This document shows, piece by piece, positions 29,291 through 38,671 of a stretch of DNA of 64,000 bases (position 1 is its first letter; each line of letters begins with the position of its first letter). The translations under genes were made by a program, and so were the position numbers. Source of the DNA: Alphaproteobacteria bacterium (GTDB lineage Bacteria; Pseudomonadota; Alphaproteobacteria; Ferrovibrionales; Ferrovibrionaceae); contig JAGXRD010000076.1 in assembly GCA_018336035.1 (NCBI GenBank), positions 2,426 to 66,425 on the forward strand. Reading direction: 5' to 3'. The notes below the pieces were generated by a model, which was not told where the DNA came from, ran no database searches, and saw only the letters and a list, made by a program, of their open reading frames with translations.

Positions 29291-29379
29291 AGTCCGGTCA
29301 AAAGGTCGCAGGCCGGCCACCGGAAAACCGAATCGCCATGGCGTGGCAACACAGCTTGGCTTTGGCGCTAAATATCACA

Positions 29380-29404
29380 GGAACACTTTGATTTTCCTGG
29401 CGTT
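29380..29404 (+). promoter_or_regulatory. EcfG-type general-stress promoter GGAAC-N16-CGTT upstream of the PRC-barrel gene
   Basis: GGAAC (29380-29384), a 16-nt spacer ACTTTGATTTTCCTGG, and CGTT (29401-29404). It lies 83 nt upstream of ATG 29487. Confidence 0.75.
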
Positions 29405-29486
29405 TATTCATCACAGATGCCGACGAAGCGCAGATTTCCGCGCCGTTGTCGCCATTTAGATCACCCACAAACCAGGAGGACGACCC

Positions 29487-29837
29487 ATGACTGACCGTCT
29501 CATTTCGGCCGACAAGGTGGAGGGCACCACCGTCTATAACCGCACCGGCGATAAGCTCGGTTCGATCAACAACGTCATGATCGACAAGACCTCGGGCAAG
29601 GTGGCCTATGCCGACATGTCCTTCGGCGGCTTTCTGGGCATCGGTGACCGCCATCATCCGCTGCCCTGGAGCATGCTGACCTACGACACCAACAAGGGTG
29701 GCTATGTCGTCAATCTCGACAAGAAGACTCTTGAAGGCGCGCCGACCTATGGCGAGAAGGACCGCGTGAACTGGGAAGACGAAGCCTGGGGTCGCAAGGT
29801 CCACGACTATTACGGCGTACCGCCCTTCTGGATGTAA
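29487..29837 (+). CDS. PRC-barrel domain protein
   Basis: LISADKVEGTTVYNRTGDKLGSINNVMIDKTSGKVAYADMSFGGFLGIGDRHHPLPWSMLTYDT. The RBS is CAGGAGGA. Confidence 0.87.
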   Translation: MTDRLISADKVEGTTVYNRTGDKLGSINNVMIDKTSGKVAYADMSFGGFLGIGDRHHPLPWSMLTYDTNKGGYVVNLDKKTLEGAPTYGEKDRVNWEDEAWGRKVHDYYGVPPFWM

Positions 29838-29863
29838 TCAGCATCCATGCGACGTGACTGACG

Positions 29864-29900
29864 GAAGGCGTCTCCCCCCGCGGGAGGCGCCTTCTTTTTT
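29864..29900 (+). terminator. Rho-independent terminator of the PRC-barrel gene
   Basis: GAAGGCGTCTCC-loop-GGAGGCGCCTTC (12 bp with one G-T pair) followed by TTTTTT. The T-tract abuts the stop codon of the convergent pseudokinase gene. Confidence 0.88.
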
Positions 29901-30961
29901 CAGTCGCTGTTGTCGATCAGGTTCCACGCCTGGTTGGACACCGAACGCACCAGCGCGCCATAGGCTTTCAGCGCCTGCGCTGCGGCCGGGCTGGCCGGCG
30001 TGCCATTGCTGCCGCGTTTGACAATGCCTTGCGCCATCACGGCGACGCGGAACAGCGCAAAGGCCAGATAGAAATTCCAGTGTGGAATATCGTCGCGGCC
30101 GGCATGGCGGCAATAGGCGCCGAGATAATCGGGTTCGCCAGGAATGCCGGTTTCGATGAAGTCGATGCCTTGCAGGCTGCCCATGCCGGGGATTGTTACG
30201 CGCCAAGGCATGCAGTTGATCGCCAGATCGGCCAGCGGATGGCCGATCAGCGCCAGATCCCAGTCATGCACCGCCACTACGCGCGGTTCGCTGGCATGGA
30301 AGACCAGGCTTTCGAGCCGGAAATTGCCGTGCATCAGGCTGGTAACATCCTCTGCCGGCAGATGCGCCGGCAGCCAGTCGAGCAGGCGCTCCATCGGCGC
30401 AATCTCGTCGGTGGCATTGGCGCGATACTGCTCGATGAGGGTCGCAATCTGCCGGGTCATGTAATCCAGCCCGCTGCCATTGGCCGGCAGGCCCGTCTGC
30501 GACGGTGCGAATGCATGCAGACGCGCCAGCGTTTCGGCCATCGCCTCATAATGCGCCTGGCGCTGCTTGGCATCCATGCCGGGCAGGTTGGGGTCGCGGA
30601 AATGCCGGCCGGGGACATAGTCCAGCACATAGAAGGGCGTGCCGATCACGCTGTCGTCGGCGCAGGCAAATTGCGGCTGGCCCACGGGCAGCCCGGCAGC
30701 ATGCAAGGCCAGCAGGAGGCTGAAATCACGCTCGATCGACTCCGCCATGCTGCAGCCCTTCCTGGGCTGGCTGCGTTTGCGCAAGACGAAATTCCGCCCC
30801 GGGCTGTGCAGCATGAAAGCGGGGCTCGCGGCGGGCCCCTTGAACTGCTGCACGGTCAGCGGTGTTTTGAAGTCGGGCAGATGCGTGGCCAGATGCGCCG
30901 CCAGCCTTGCCTCGTCGAACCGGTGTTGCGGTTGTACGGGGGTCAGGTCGGCGGCCGCCAT
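29900..30961 (-). CDS. APH-type phosphotransferase-family protein, predicted pseudokinase (catalytic loop HGNFRLES)
   Basis: It is a paralogue of the upstream gene (LTVQQFKG..., DDSVIGTPFYVLDYV, AVHDWDLALIGHPLADL). However, GGQSNPT is replaced by GPAASPA, and HGDxxxDN is replaced by HGNFRLES. Confidence 0.8.
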   Translation of the reverse strand: MAAADLTPVQPQHRFDEARLAAHLATHLPDFKTPLTVQQFKGPAASPAFMLHSPGRNFVLRKRSQPRKGCSMAESIERDFSLLLALHAAGLPVGQPQFACADDSVIGTPFYVLDYVPGRHFRDPNLPGMDAKQRQAHYEAMAETLARLHAFAPSQTGLPANGSGLDYMTRQIATLIEQYRANATDEIAPMERLLDWLPAHLPAEDVTSLMHGNFRLESLVFHASEPRVVAVHDWDLALIGHPLADLAINCMPWRVTIPGMGSLQGIDFIETGIPGEPDYLGAYCRHAGRDDIPHWNFYLAFALFRVAVMAQGIVKRGSNGTPASPAAAQALKAYGALVRSVSNQAWNLIDNSD

Positions 30962-30964
30962 CGG

Positions 30965-32032
30965 CTAGGGCTTCCCCGTCATGCGCTCCACCACGGCCCA
31001 GGCCTGCTCGGCAATCGGCTTCGCGCGTTTACCGGATTCGATGGCGTGCTGGCTGGCGGCGGTGCCGTCCTTCACACGGCCCATGATGCCCTGCAGGATT
31101 CCTGCAATGCGGAACATGTTATAGGCCATGTAGAATTCGAGATGCGGAATGCCGTCGCGACCGGTGCGGCGGCAATAGGCGGCGATATAGTCTTTTTCGT
31201 TCGGGATGCCCAGATCGGCGAAGTCCACGCCGGCAAGGCCGCGGAAGGTTTCCGGCGCCAGGCGCCATGACATCAGGTGATAGGTGAAATCGCCGAGCGG
31301 ATGGCCCAGCGTGGACAACTCCCAGTCCAGCACGGCGATCACGCGCGGCTCGGTCGGATGGAAGATCATGTTGTCCATGCGGTAATCGCCATGGACGATG
31401 CTGGTTTCCTCACCGGCCGGAATATTCGCCGGCAGCCAGTCGATCAGCTTGTCCATTGCCGGAATCTCTTCCGTCTCGGAAGCCTTGTACTGTTTGCTCC
31501 AGCGGCTGATCTGGCGGGCGAAATAGTCGCCGGGCTTGCCGTAATCGCCCAGGCCGATGGCGGTGTAATCCACTTTGTGAAGCGCTGCGATCGTGCGGTT
31601 CATGGCATCGAAGATGCCGGCGCGCTCCTCGCGGTTCATGCCCGGCAGGCGCTGGTCCCAGAAGATGCGGCCTTCCACGCAATCCATCACATAGAAAGCC
31701 GTGCCGATCACGCTGTCGTCTTCGCACAGGCCGTAAGTGCGGGCCACCGGCACATCGGTCTGGCCCAGCGCGGTGATGACGCGGTATTCGCGGTCGACCG
31801 CATGGGCCGAGGGCAGCAGCTTGCCCGGCGGCTTGCGACGCAGCACGTATTTCTTGTTCGGTGTCACCAGCATGAAGGTCGGATTGGACTGCCCGCCCTT
31901 GAACTGCTGCACGGTCAGCGGGCCGCTGTAATCTGCAACATTCTGCTTGAGCCAGCGTTCCAGCGCGGCTTCATCGAACTTGTGGCGCTCCTGAACCGGC
32001 ATGGTGCCGACGAAGCGATCCTGATCGCTCAT
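30965..32032 (-). CDS. APH-type phosphotransferase (ACAD10/ACAD11 N-terminal kinase-domain homologue)
   Basis: Trimmed to ATG 32032. Motifs: FKGGQSNPTFML, YVLRRKPPGKLLPSAHAVDREY, IVHGDYRMDNMIF (Brenner motif), and IAVLDWELSTLGHPLGD. Confidence 0.87.
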   Translation of the reverse strand: MSDQDRFVGTMPVQERHKFDEAALERWLKQNVADYSGPLTVQQFKGGQSNPTFMLVTPNKKYVLRRKPPGKLLPSAHAVDREYRVITALGQTDVPVARTYGLCEDDSVIGTAFYVMDCVEGRIFWDQRLPGMNREERAGIFDAMNRTIAALHKVDYTAIGLGDYGKPGDYFARQISRWSKQYKASETEEIPAMDKLIDWLPANIPAGEETSIVHGDYRMDNMIFHPTEPRVIAVLDWELSTLGHPLGDFTYHLMSWRLAPETFRGLAGVDFADLGIPNEKDYIAAYCRRTGRDGIPHLEFYMAYNMFRIAGILQGIMGRVKDGTAASQHAIESGKRAKPIAEQAWAVVERMTGKP

Positions 32033-32169
32033 GCTACTGTTTCCTCGTTGTTGGGGCACGATAGCGACCTGCCCGCAGCTACGATAGCCACGCGACGGCA
32101 CCTGGCGCAACCGCCTATCGGCGGTCCCGGCTTTCCGCAGTCCGATGCTGTGTTACTGCTTGTGTGCGA

Positions 32170-33441
32170 TCAGTTTTTCTGTTCGCGCTCGATGGCGCGC
32201 CAGCCGATATCCTTACGGCAGAAGCCTTCCGGCCAGTGGATTCTATCCACAGCCGCATAGGCCCGCGCCTGCGCAGCGGCAATGGTCGCTCCGGTGCCGC
32301 AGACGCCCAGCACGCGGCCGCCATTGGCCAGAATTTCACCATCGGCGCCGGATTTGGTACCGGCATGGAACACAATCGTATCCGGCTCATTCGCAGCGGC
32401 ATCAAGGCCTTCGATCCTAGTGCCCTTGCGCGGCTCGGCGGGATAGCCCTCTGCGGCCATCACGACGCAGAGCGCAGCTTCGTCCTTCCAGCGCAGGTCG
32501 AAATCCTTCAGCACGCCGTCGCGCGACGCCATCAGTGCCGGCAGCAGGTCGGACTTCAGGCGCAGCATCAGCGTCTGGCATTCCGGATCGCCGAAACGCG
32601 TGTTGTATTCCAGCAGCTTGGGGCCGTCCTTGGTCAGCATCAGGCCGGCGAACAGCACGCCCTTGAACGGCATGCCTTCGGCGATCATGCCATTCACCGT
32701 CGGCAGGATGATCTGTTCCATCACCTGCTGCTGCAGGGCAGGAGTGAAGACCGTGGCCGGCGAATAGGCGCCCATGCCGCCGGTATTCGGCCCGGTATCA
32801 CCGTCGCCGACGCGCTTGTGATCCTGCGCCGAAGCCAGCGGCAGCGCATGCTTGCCATCGACCAGGACGAAGAAGCTGACTTCCTCGCCATCAAGGAATT
32901 CTTCGATCACTGCTTCGACGCCCTGTTCGGTGAACAGGCTCTTGCTGGCTTCCAGCGCCTCGTCCAGCGTCATCGCCACAGTCACGCCCTTGCCGGCGGC
33001 CAGACCATCGGCCTTCACCACGATGGGCGCGCCCTGCTTGCGGATGAAGGCCTCGGCCGAGGCGGCATCCCGGAAACGGCCATAGGCCGCCGTGGGGATG
33101 CCATATTTGGCGCAGAGGTCCTTCATGAAGCCCTTGGAGCCCTCCAGCTGGGCAGCAAGCTTGCTGGGGCCGAAACAGGCAAAGCCGTTGGCTTCCAGAT
33201 GGTCGACCATGCCGATCACCAGCGGCGCCTCGGGGCCGACCACAACGAAATCGATATGCTCGTCACGGCAGAGCTTGAGCATGCCGTCCTTATCCAGGAC
33301 ATCGACGGGGGCGAGCTTGGCCACTTGGGCGATGCCCGGATTGCCGGGGGCGCAGACCAGCTTGTTGACCAGCGGCGAGGCGCTCAGCGCCCAGCACAGG
33401 GCGTGTTCGCGTCCGCCGGATCCGATGACGAGAAGGTTCAT
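32170..33441 (-). CDS. purD: Phosphoribosylamine--glycine ligase
   Basis: [19 protein letters not shown], an ATP-grasp domain, and [12 protein letters not shown]. The ORF is 423 aa. Confidence 0.96.
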   Translation of the reverse strand: MNLLVIGSGGREHALCWALSASPLVNKLVCAPGNPGIAQVAKLAPVDVLDKDGMLKLCRDEHIDFVVVGPEAPLVIGMVDHLEANGFACFGPSKLAAQLEGSKGFMKDLCAKYGIPTAAYGRFRDAASAEAFIRKQGAPIVVKADGLAAGKGVTVAMTLDEALEASKSLFTEQGVEAVIEEFLDGEEVSFFVLVDGKHALPLASAQDHKRVGDGDTGPNTGGMGAYSPATVFTPALQQQVMEQIILPTVNGMIAEGMPFKGVLFAGLMLTKDGPKLLEYNTRFGDPECQTLMLRLKSDLLPALMASRDGVLKDFDLRWKDEAALCVVMAAEGYPAEPRKGTRIEGLDAAANEPDTIVFHAGTKSGADGEILANGGRVLGVCGTGATIAAAQARAYAAVDRIHWPEGFCRKDIGWRAIEREQKN

Positions 33442-33535
33442 GGGGGCCCCTGGAACGTCGTGGCGACTGGAGGAATCGCGGCAATGTTTGTATCATGGCC
33501 GGAACAGACGCAAGGCTTCCCGGCAGGGCTTCTCA

Positions 33536-34990
33536 ATGAGTGATTTCGAGCCTTCCCAGCCCGGCGCGGCCGGCGCCCCCACAGCGCCCGGAAACGTGCC
33601 GGAATACACGGTTACCGAGCTCTCGCTGCGCCTCAAACGCAGCATTGAGGATAATTTCGGCTGGGTGCGGGTCCGCGGTGAAATCTCCGGCTTCAAACGG
33701 GCAGCTTCGGGTCATCTTTACTTCTCGCTGAAGGATGCCGATTCGCTGCTGGATGGCGTCTGCTGGAAGGGCAGCGCCGCACGTCTCGGGGTGAAACCCG
33801 AAGACGGTATGGAAGTGATCTGCTCGGGTAAGCTGACCAGCTATCCCGGCCGCTCCAAATATCAGATGGTCGTCGAGCGGATGGAGCTGGCGGGGCTCGG
33901 TGCATTGATGGCGCTGCTGGAGCAGCGCAAGCAGAAGCTCGCCGCCGAAGGCCTGTTCGCGCCTGAGCGTAAACGTCCGCTGCCTTATCTGCCACGCGTA
34001 ATCGGCGTGGTGACATCTCCCACGGGTGCCGTGATCCGCGACATCCTGCATCGCCTGGCAGACCGTTTCCCCACCCATGTGTTGGTCTGGCCGGTGCTGG
34101 TGCAGGGCGAGGGCGCTGCCGAGCAGGTCGCGAGGGCGATCCGCGGCTTCAATGCGCTACCTGAAAACGGGACAGTGCCGCGTCCCGATCTGCTGATCGT
34201 CGCGCGTGGCGGCGGCAGCCTGGAAGATCTGATGGCCTTCAACGAGGAAGCGGTGGTGCGCGCCGCCGCGGCTTCGGATATTCCGCTGATCTCGGCGGTG
34301 GGCCATGAAACCGATACCACGCTGATCGATTACGCCTCCGACCGTCGTGCGCCGACCCCGACGGCGGCGGCGGAAATGGCAGTCCCGGTGCGGCTTGATC
34401 TGGTCGCCGGTGTCGCCGGGCTGGACGAGCGCCTGCGCCGCAGCATCACCCGCATGGCGCAGGACAAGCGCCGACATCTCGACAGCCTCGGCCGTGGCCT
34501 GCGCGGTCCGCGTGAACAACTTGATATGGCGCGCCAGCGTTTCGACGATCTCTCTGATCGCCTGCGGCATGCACTCCGCGTCGGCGTGGCGGCGCAGCGC
34601 GCACGGATGGAAACGGCGATGGCACGGTTGCGGCCGGCCCTGCTGAAGCGCGAGGTGGCCGACTATGGCCGCCGCCTGAAGGATGCCGATGCGCGGCTGC
34701 TGCGCGCCATGCGCCAACGCCAGGCCGAAGCCACGCAGCGTCTGAGTCAGCCAGCCAAGCTGCTCGAAAGCCTGTCTTACCGGAATGTGCTGGCGCGCGG
34801 TTTTGCCGTGATTTACGGCGCAGACGGTCGGGCGCTGAACAGCGCAGAAGCCATGGCGCCGGGCGCCAATGTGGCCATCGAGATGCATGACGGTCGCCGG
34901 GATGCGCAGATCATCGGCGGCAGTTCCGCGCCGAAGAAGACAAGCCCTTCCACTGTCGCGAAACCATCCAAGCAGGAAAGCCTGTTCTGA
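33536..34990 (+). CDS. xseA: Exodeoxyribonuclease VII large subunit
   Basis: Trimmed to ATG 33536, because the upstream part of the track ORF is antisense to purD. Motifs: YTVTELSLRLKRSIEDNFGWVRVRGEISGFKRAASGHLYFSLKD, VIGVVTSPTGAVIRDI, and GGGSLEDL. Confidence 0.93.
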   Translation: MSDFEPSQPGAAGAPTAPGNVPEYTVTELSLRLKRSIEDNFGWVRVRGEISGFKRAASGHLYFSLKDADSLLDGVCWKGSAARLGVKPEDGMEVICSGKLTSYPGRSKYQMVVERMELAGLGALMALLEQRKQKLAAEGLFAPERKRPLPYLPRVIGVVTSPTGAVIRDILHRLADRFPTHVLVWPVLVQGEGAAEQVARAIRGFNALPENGTVPRPDLLIVARGGGSLEDLMAFNEEAVVRAAAASDIPLISAVGHETDTTLIDYASDRRAPTPTAAAEMAVPVRLDLVAGVAGLDERLRRSITRMAQDKRRHLDSLGRGLRGPREQLDMARQRFDDLSDRLRHALRVGVAAQRARMETAMARLRPALLKREVADYGRRLKDADARLLRAMRQRQAEATQRLSQPAKLLESLSYRNVLARGFAVIYGADGRALNSAEAMAPGANVAIEMHDGRRDAQIIGGSSAPKKTSPSTVAKPSKQESLF

Positions 34991-35211
34991 TGCAGACGCC
35001 ACCGTTATCGCGCGATATCGAAGCCCGGCTGTATTACCGGCATGGCGCCTTCGATATCGTCTTCCCCGGTTCCTATGTCACCTGCGCGGTCACTGGCCGG
35101 CGCATTGCGCTGGAGCAACTGCGTTACTGGAGCGTGGACCGGCAGGAAGCCTATGCCGATGCGGTGGTGGCCACCCGCGGCCTGGTCAGCGATCCGGTGA
35201 AGCGCGCATGA
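34990..35211 (+). CDS. DUF2093-like small protein
   Basis: 73 aa: EARLYYRHGAFDIVFPGSYVTCAVTGRRIALEQLRYWSVDRQEAY. Its ATG overlaps the xseA stop (TGATG). The family call is from memory. Confidence 0.6.
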   Translation: MQTPPLSRDIEARLYYRHGAFDIVFPGSYVTCAVTGRRIALEQLRYWSVDRQEAYADAVVATRGLVSDPVKRA

Positions 35212-36041
35212 CGCGCTGGCTCGCGACGTTGGTGGCGCTGCTCGTCAGCGCCATCATCACGAGTCAGTCCTGGGCGAACGAACCGCCGCCGGGCCTGTCC
35301 TGGGCCGGCGATTTCAGCCAGGGCGGCCTCGTGACCGGCATGGCCCAGCCGGGTATCTCGCTCAAGCTCAATGGCCGCGATGTGCCGGTCGCCAAAGATG
35401 GCCGCTTCGTTTTCGGTTTCGGACGGGATGAAGCGGCGACCGCGACTTTCACACTCCATCATCGCGGCGGCCAGAGCGAGGCGATCCAGCTTGCCATCGC
35501 GCCGCAGACCTACGACATCCAGCGCATCGACGGCCTGCCACCGGCGCAGGTGACGCCGCCGCCGGCTGTGCTGGAGCGCATCAAGCGCGAGAATGCGATG
35601 ATCGCCGCCGTGCGCCAGCGCAACACCGCGCGGCAGGATTTCATGCAGGGCTGGATCTGGCCTGCCAAGGGCCCGATCTCGGGTGTGTATGGCAGCCAGC
35701 GCATTCTCAATGGCGAGCCGCGGACACCGCATTACGGCATCGATATCGCCGCGCCGACCGGCAGTCCGGTGATCGCGCCAGCGGGCGGTGAGGTGGTGCT
35801 GGCCGAGAAGGATATCTACTTCACCGGCGGTACGATCATCATCGACCACGGCATGGGCATCAACTCGGCCTTCTCTCACCTGCATTCGCTCAATGTGAAA
35901 GTCGGGCAGCAGGTGAAGCAGGGCGAGCAGATCGGCACGGTTGGCTCGACCGGCCGCTCGACCGGGCCGCATCTCGACTGGCGGGTGAACTGGTTCGACG
36001 TGCGGCTCGACCCGCAGCGGCTGTTGCCGCAAAGGCCGTAG
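35208..36041 (+). CDS. M23 family metallopeptidase (peptidoglycan DD-endopeptidase-like), secreted
   Basis: Trimmed to ATG 35208, which overlaps the stop of the preceding gene in an ATGA. It has a signal peptide, HYGIDIAAPTGSPV, and GSTGRSTGPHLDW. Confidence 0.88.
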   Translation: MTRWLATLVALLVSAIITSQSWANEPPPGLSWAGDFSQGGLVTGMAQPGISLKLNGRDVPVAKDGRFVFGFGRDEAATATFTLHHRGGQSEAIQLAIAPQTYDIQRIDGLPPAQVTPPPAVLERIKRENAMIAAVRQRNTARQDFMQGWIWPAKGPISGVYGSQRILNGEPRTPHYGIDIAAPTGSPVIAPAGGEVVLAEKDIYFTGGTIIIDHGMGINSAFSHLHSLNVKVGQQVKQGEQIGTVGSTGRSTGPHLDWRVNWFDVRLDPQRLLPQRP

Positions 36042-36042
36042 C

Positions 36043-36945
36043 TCAGCGCTTCCAGCGCTTATGTACCCAGAACCATTGCTCGGGGCTGCGGCGAATACGC
36101 TCTTCAAGTTTTCCGTTGATCATCCGCAAGGCACGGTCGGTATCGCTCTGGCGGTCGCCGGTATTTTCCAGCTGCATCGGTGCTTCGATGGTGACGCGGA
36201 ACCGCGCAATTCCTCCAATGCGTTCGGCATAGATCGGCACGATCGGGCAGCCCGTGCGCAGCGCCAGTTCGGCAATGGCCGGCGCGGTCATGGCGTCATG
36301 ACCGAAGAAGGGCACGGCGCGGCCGGTGTTGAGCTTCTGGTCCACCAGCATCGCCAGGCATTCATTGCGCTTGAGTGCTTTCAGCAATTCGCGTGCCGCC
36401 TGCATCCCCTTCGGCACATGCTGGCCGCCAACCGGTTTACGCAGATTCTGCAGGATCTCTTCGGTCAGCGGATTGTTGGCGGCACGATAGACCTGCACCA
36501 GCGGGATGCCGTAATGCATGCCTGCAATGCTCATCACTTCCCAGTTGCCGAAATGAGCCGAGAAGAAAATCGCCGGCTGCTTGCTATCACGGATGGCAAC
36601 CAGATACTCGCCGCCCACCACTTCGATCTGCCCACCGCTTTCATGCGCGCCGATGCGGATATCACCCAGATGGGCATATTCGGCCAGCACGCGGCCGAGA
36701 TTGTCCCACATGCCCTGCAGAATGTGCTCATGCTCGATGCTGCGTTCAGGCAATGCGAGTTTCAGGTTGGCTTTCGCAGTTCTGTGTACGCCCAGACGAG
36801 GGCCGATGCTGCGCGCGATCCAGCCGCCCAGCGCGGAGGCGCGATCCAGCGGCAGGGCGGCGAACAAAGCCAGCGCCAGCCGGGCGCCCCAGGCAGCAAC
36901 GTATTCATGCGGCTCTGCACGCGGAAACAGCAGTTTTTTAAGCAC
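36043..36945 (-). CDS. Lipid A biosynthesis lauroyl/late acyltransferase (LpxL/HtrB family)
   Basis: The active-site region AHFGNWE, plus LVDQK, and C-terminal PEQWFWVHKRWK. Confidence 0.8.
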   Translation of the reverse strand: MLKKLLFPRAEPHEYVAAWGARLALALFAALPLDRASALGGWIARSIGPRLGVHRTAKANLKLALPERSIEHEHILQGMWDNLGRVLAEYAHLGDIRIGAHESGGQIEVVGGEYLVAIRDSKQPAIFFSAHFGNWEVMSIAGMHYGIPLVQVYRAANNPLTEEILQNLRKPVGGQHVPKGMQAARELLKALKRNECLAMLVDQKLNTGRAVPFFGHDAMTAPAIAELALRTGCPIVPIYAERIGGIARFRVTIEAPMQLENTGDRQSDTDRALRMINGKLEERIRRSPEQWFWVHKRWKR

Positions 36946-37936
36946 CGGCTGTGGCCTTGTCGGTCAGTTTAGAGCGCAGATAATCGTCGACGCGCTGCGG
37001 GTCGGCGAAGGTCAGCGCCACGCGCAGCACATCGACCATCTGTCGCGCCTTGGCCGGCAGGCGGACCTGGTCCTTCGCGGTGGTCACCGGAATGGCATTC
37101 AGCTTGTGCGCGGTTTCGACAAGTCGCATCACGGTGTCGGGTGAATAGGGCGCATGGTCGGGGAAGGTGGCAGTCTGTACCACCGTGGCACCGATCTGTT
37201 GCAGGGATTTGAAAAACTTCTCTGGCCGGCCGATGCCGGCAAAGGCCAGCACGCTGCGGCCCCGCAGACGCACGGCGTCGGCCGCGTTGGGCTCCAGCGT
37301 GGCGGCGAAAACCGGGCGGCGGCCGAAGTCAGGCAGCGGCACGCTGCGCGGACCGATCACCACAACGGCATGGCAACGGCTCATACCCTCTTCGATGGAC
37401 TCACGAAGCGGCCCGGCCGGCAGTTGCAGGCCGTTGCCGAAGCCGTAGCCGCCGTCGATCACCACCAGGCTGAGCCGGCGGGCCAGCGCATAGGTCTGGT
37501 GCGCATCATCGGCGATGATGCAGTCGGCGCCTGCCGCAACTGCGGCGCGGGCGGCGGCGGGACGGTTGCCGCCGATCCAGGTTGGCGCGGCAGCGGCCAG
37601 CAGCAGGGCCTCGTCGCCGACATCTGCGGCAGTGTGGCGTGCCAGATCGACCCGCACCGGCCCAGCCAGTTTGCCACCATAGCCGCGGCTGACGATCTGC
37701 GGGTGCCGGCCGAGTGCGATGAGGCGGTGGGCGATGGCAATGGCGGTCGGAGTCTTACCGGCACCACCGGCGACCAGGTTGCCGATTGAGATCACCGGCG
37801 CGCCGATCTCCTGCGCCGCGGTGATGCGCTGGTTCAGGCGATTGCCCAAGCCATAGAGTGCAGATAATGGCTGCAGCAGTCGGGGCAGCGGCGAGGTGCT
37901 GCCGGCCTCCCAGAACTTCGGCGCGGTCTTAGGCAT
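36938..37936 (-). CDS. lpxK: Tetraacyldisaccharide 4'-kinase
   Basis: The P-loop VISIGNLVAGGAGKTP, and VSRGYGG. It overlaps the downstream acyltransferase gene by 8 nt. Confidence 0.9.
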   Translation of the reverse strand: MPKTAPKFWEAGSTSPLPRLLQPLSALYGLGNRLNQRITAAQEIGAPVISIGNLVAGGAGKTPTAIAIAHRLIALGRHPQIVSRGYGGKLAGPVRVDLARHTAADVGDEALLLAAAAPTWIGGNRPAAARAAVAAGADCIIADDAHQTYALARRLSLVVIDGGYGFGNGLQLPAGPLRESIEEGMSRCHAVVVIGPRSVPLPDFGRRPVFAATLEPNAADAVRLRGRSVLAFAGIGRPEKFFKSLQQIGATVVQTATFPDHAPYSPDTVMRLVETAHKLNAIPVTTAKDQVRLPAKARQMVDVLRVALTFADPQRVDDYLRSKLTDKATAGA

Positions 37937-38669
37937 CGCTCCCTGCGGCAGGCAGACGGTCGGCCGGCGCGATCGGGGCGTGGCCGCACAGCCGGTCCGC
38001 TTCGTCGCAGAGCCCGTTCATGATCGTTTCCAGCCGCAATGCGGCCTGCTCCGGGCTTTCGGTGGTGTCGCTGTGTACATCAATCGGCTCACCCCAGAGG
38101 TAAACGCCCCGGTTGAACGGCCAGGGCAGGATGAAGCGGTCCCACGAGTTTAGCACGCGGCGGCGTTTTACCGCATAGGTCACCGGCAGGATCGGCACTT
38201 TGGCCAGGCGGGCGGCGGCAATCACGCCAGTACTGGCCCGCATGCGCGGCCCGCGCGGACCATCGGGCGTGAAGCCAGCATATTCGTTGAGCTTGAGCTG
38301 ACGCACCATCACCCGCAAGGCGCCGCTGCCGCCCTTGTCCTTCTTGCCGGCCTTGGCGGCGGAACCGCGGACCGTGCCGATACCGAAAGGGTCCATGGCG
38401 CGGGCGATCAACTCGCCGTCGCGATGTTGCGAGATCAGCATGTGCATCCGCCGGTCGCGGCGCCAGACCGGCGGGATCAGCAGTAGCCGGCCGTGCCAGA
38501 ACGTCAGGATGAACGGCCGGTTTTCAGACCAGAAGGCTTCCGGATGTTCGGCGCCGCGAATGTCCCACCGCGTGGTGTTGCGCACCAAGCGGACATAGAA
38601 AGCGATGGCATCCGCCGCGAACCGCACGGCGGGTTTGCTTCGCTGGATGCGCTTCCACAGTCCGGACAT
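37929..38669 (-). CDS. DUF374 / lysophospholipid acyltransferase-superfamily protein
   Basis: ILTFWHGRLLL...LISQHRDGELIA...GGSGALR...FTPDGPRGPR. It overlaps lpxK by 8 nt. Confidence 0.7.
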   Translation of the reverse strand: MSGLWKRIQRSKPAVRFAADAIAFYVRLVRNTTRWDIRGAEHPEAFWSENRPFILTFWHGRLLLIPPVWRRDRRMHMLISQHRDGELIARAMDPFGIGTVRGSAAKAGKKDKGGSGALRVMVRQLKLNEYAGFTPDGPRGPRMRASTGVIAAARLAKVPILPVTYAVKRRRVLNSWDRFILPWPFNRGVYLWGEPIDVHSDTTESPEQAALRLETIMNGLCDEADRLCGHAPIAPADRLPAAGSDA

Positions 38670-38671
38670 GT

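Noticed and set aside
33092-33535. N-terminal extensions of track ORFs. Examples are 33092 for xseA, 5105 for ribF, 14959, 16244, 34869, 56090, 25379 on the minus strand, 32110 and 42641.
   Set aside because: The extensions overlap neighbouring genes or run antisense to them. They lack homology-like sequence. An internal ATG or GTG with an RBS matches the expected N-terminus of the family.
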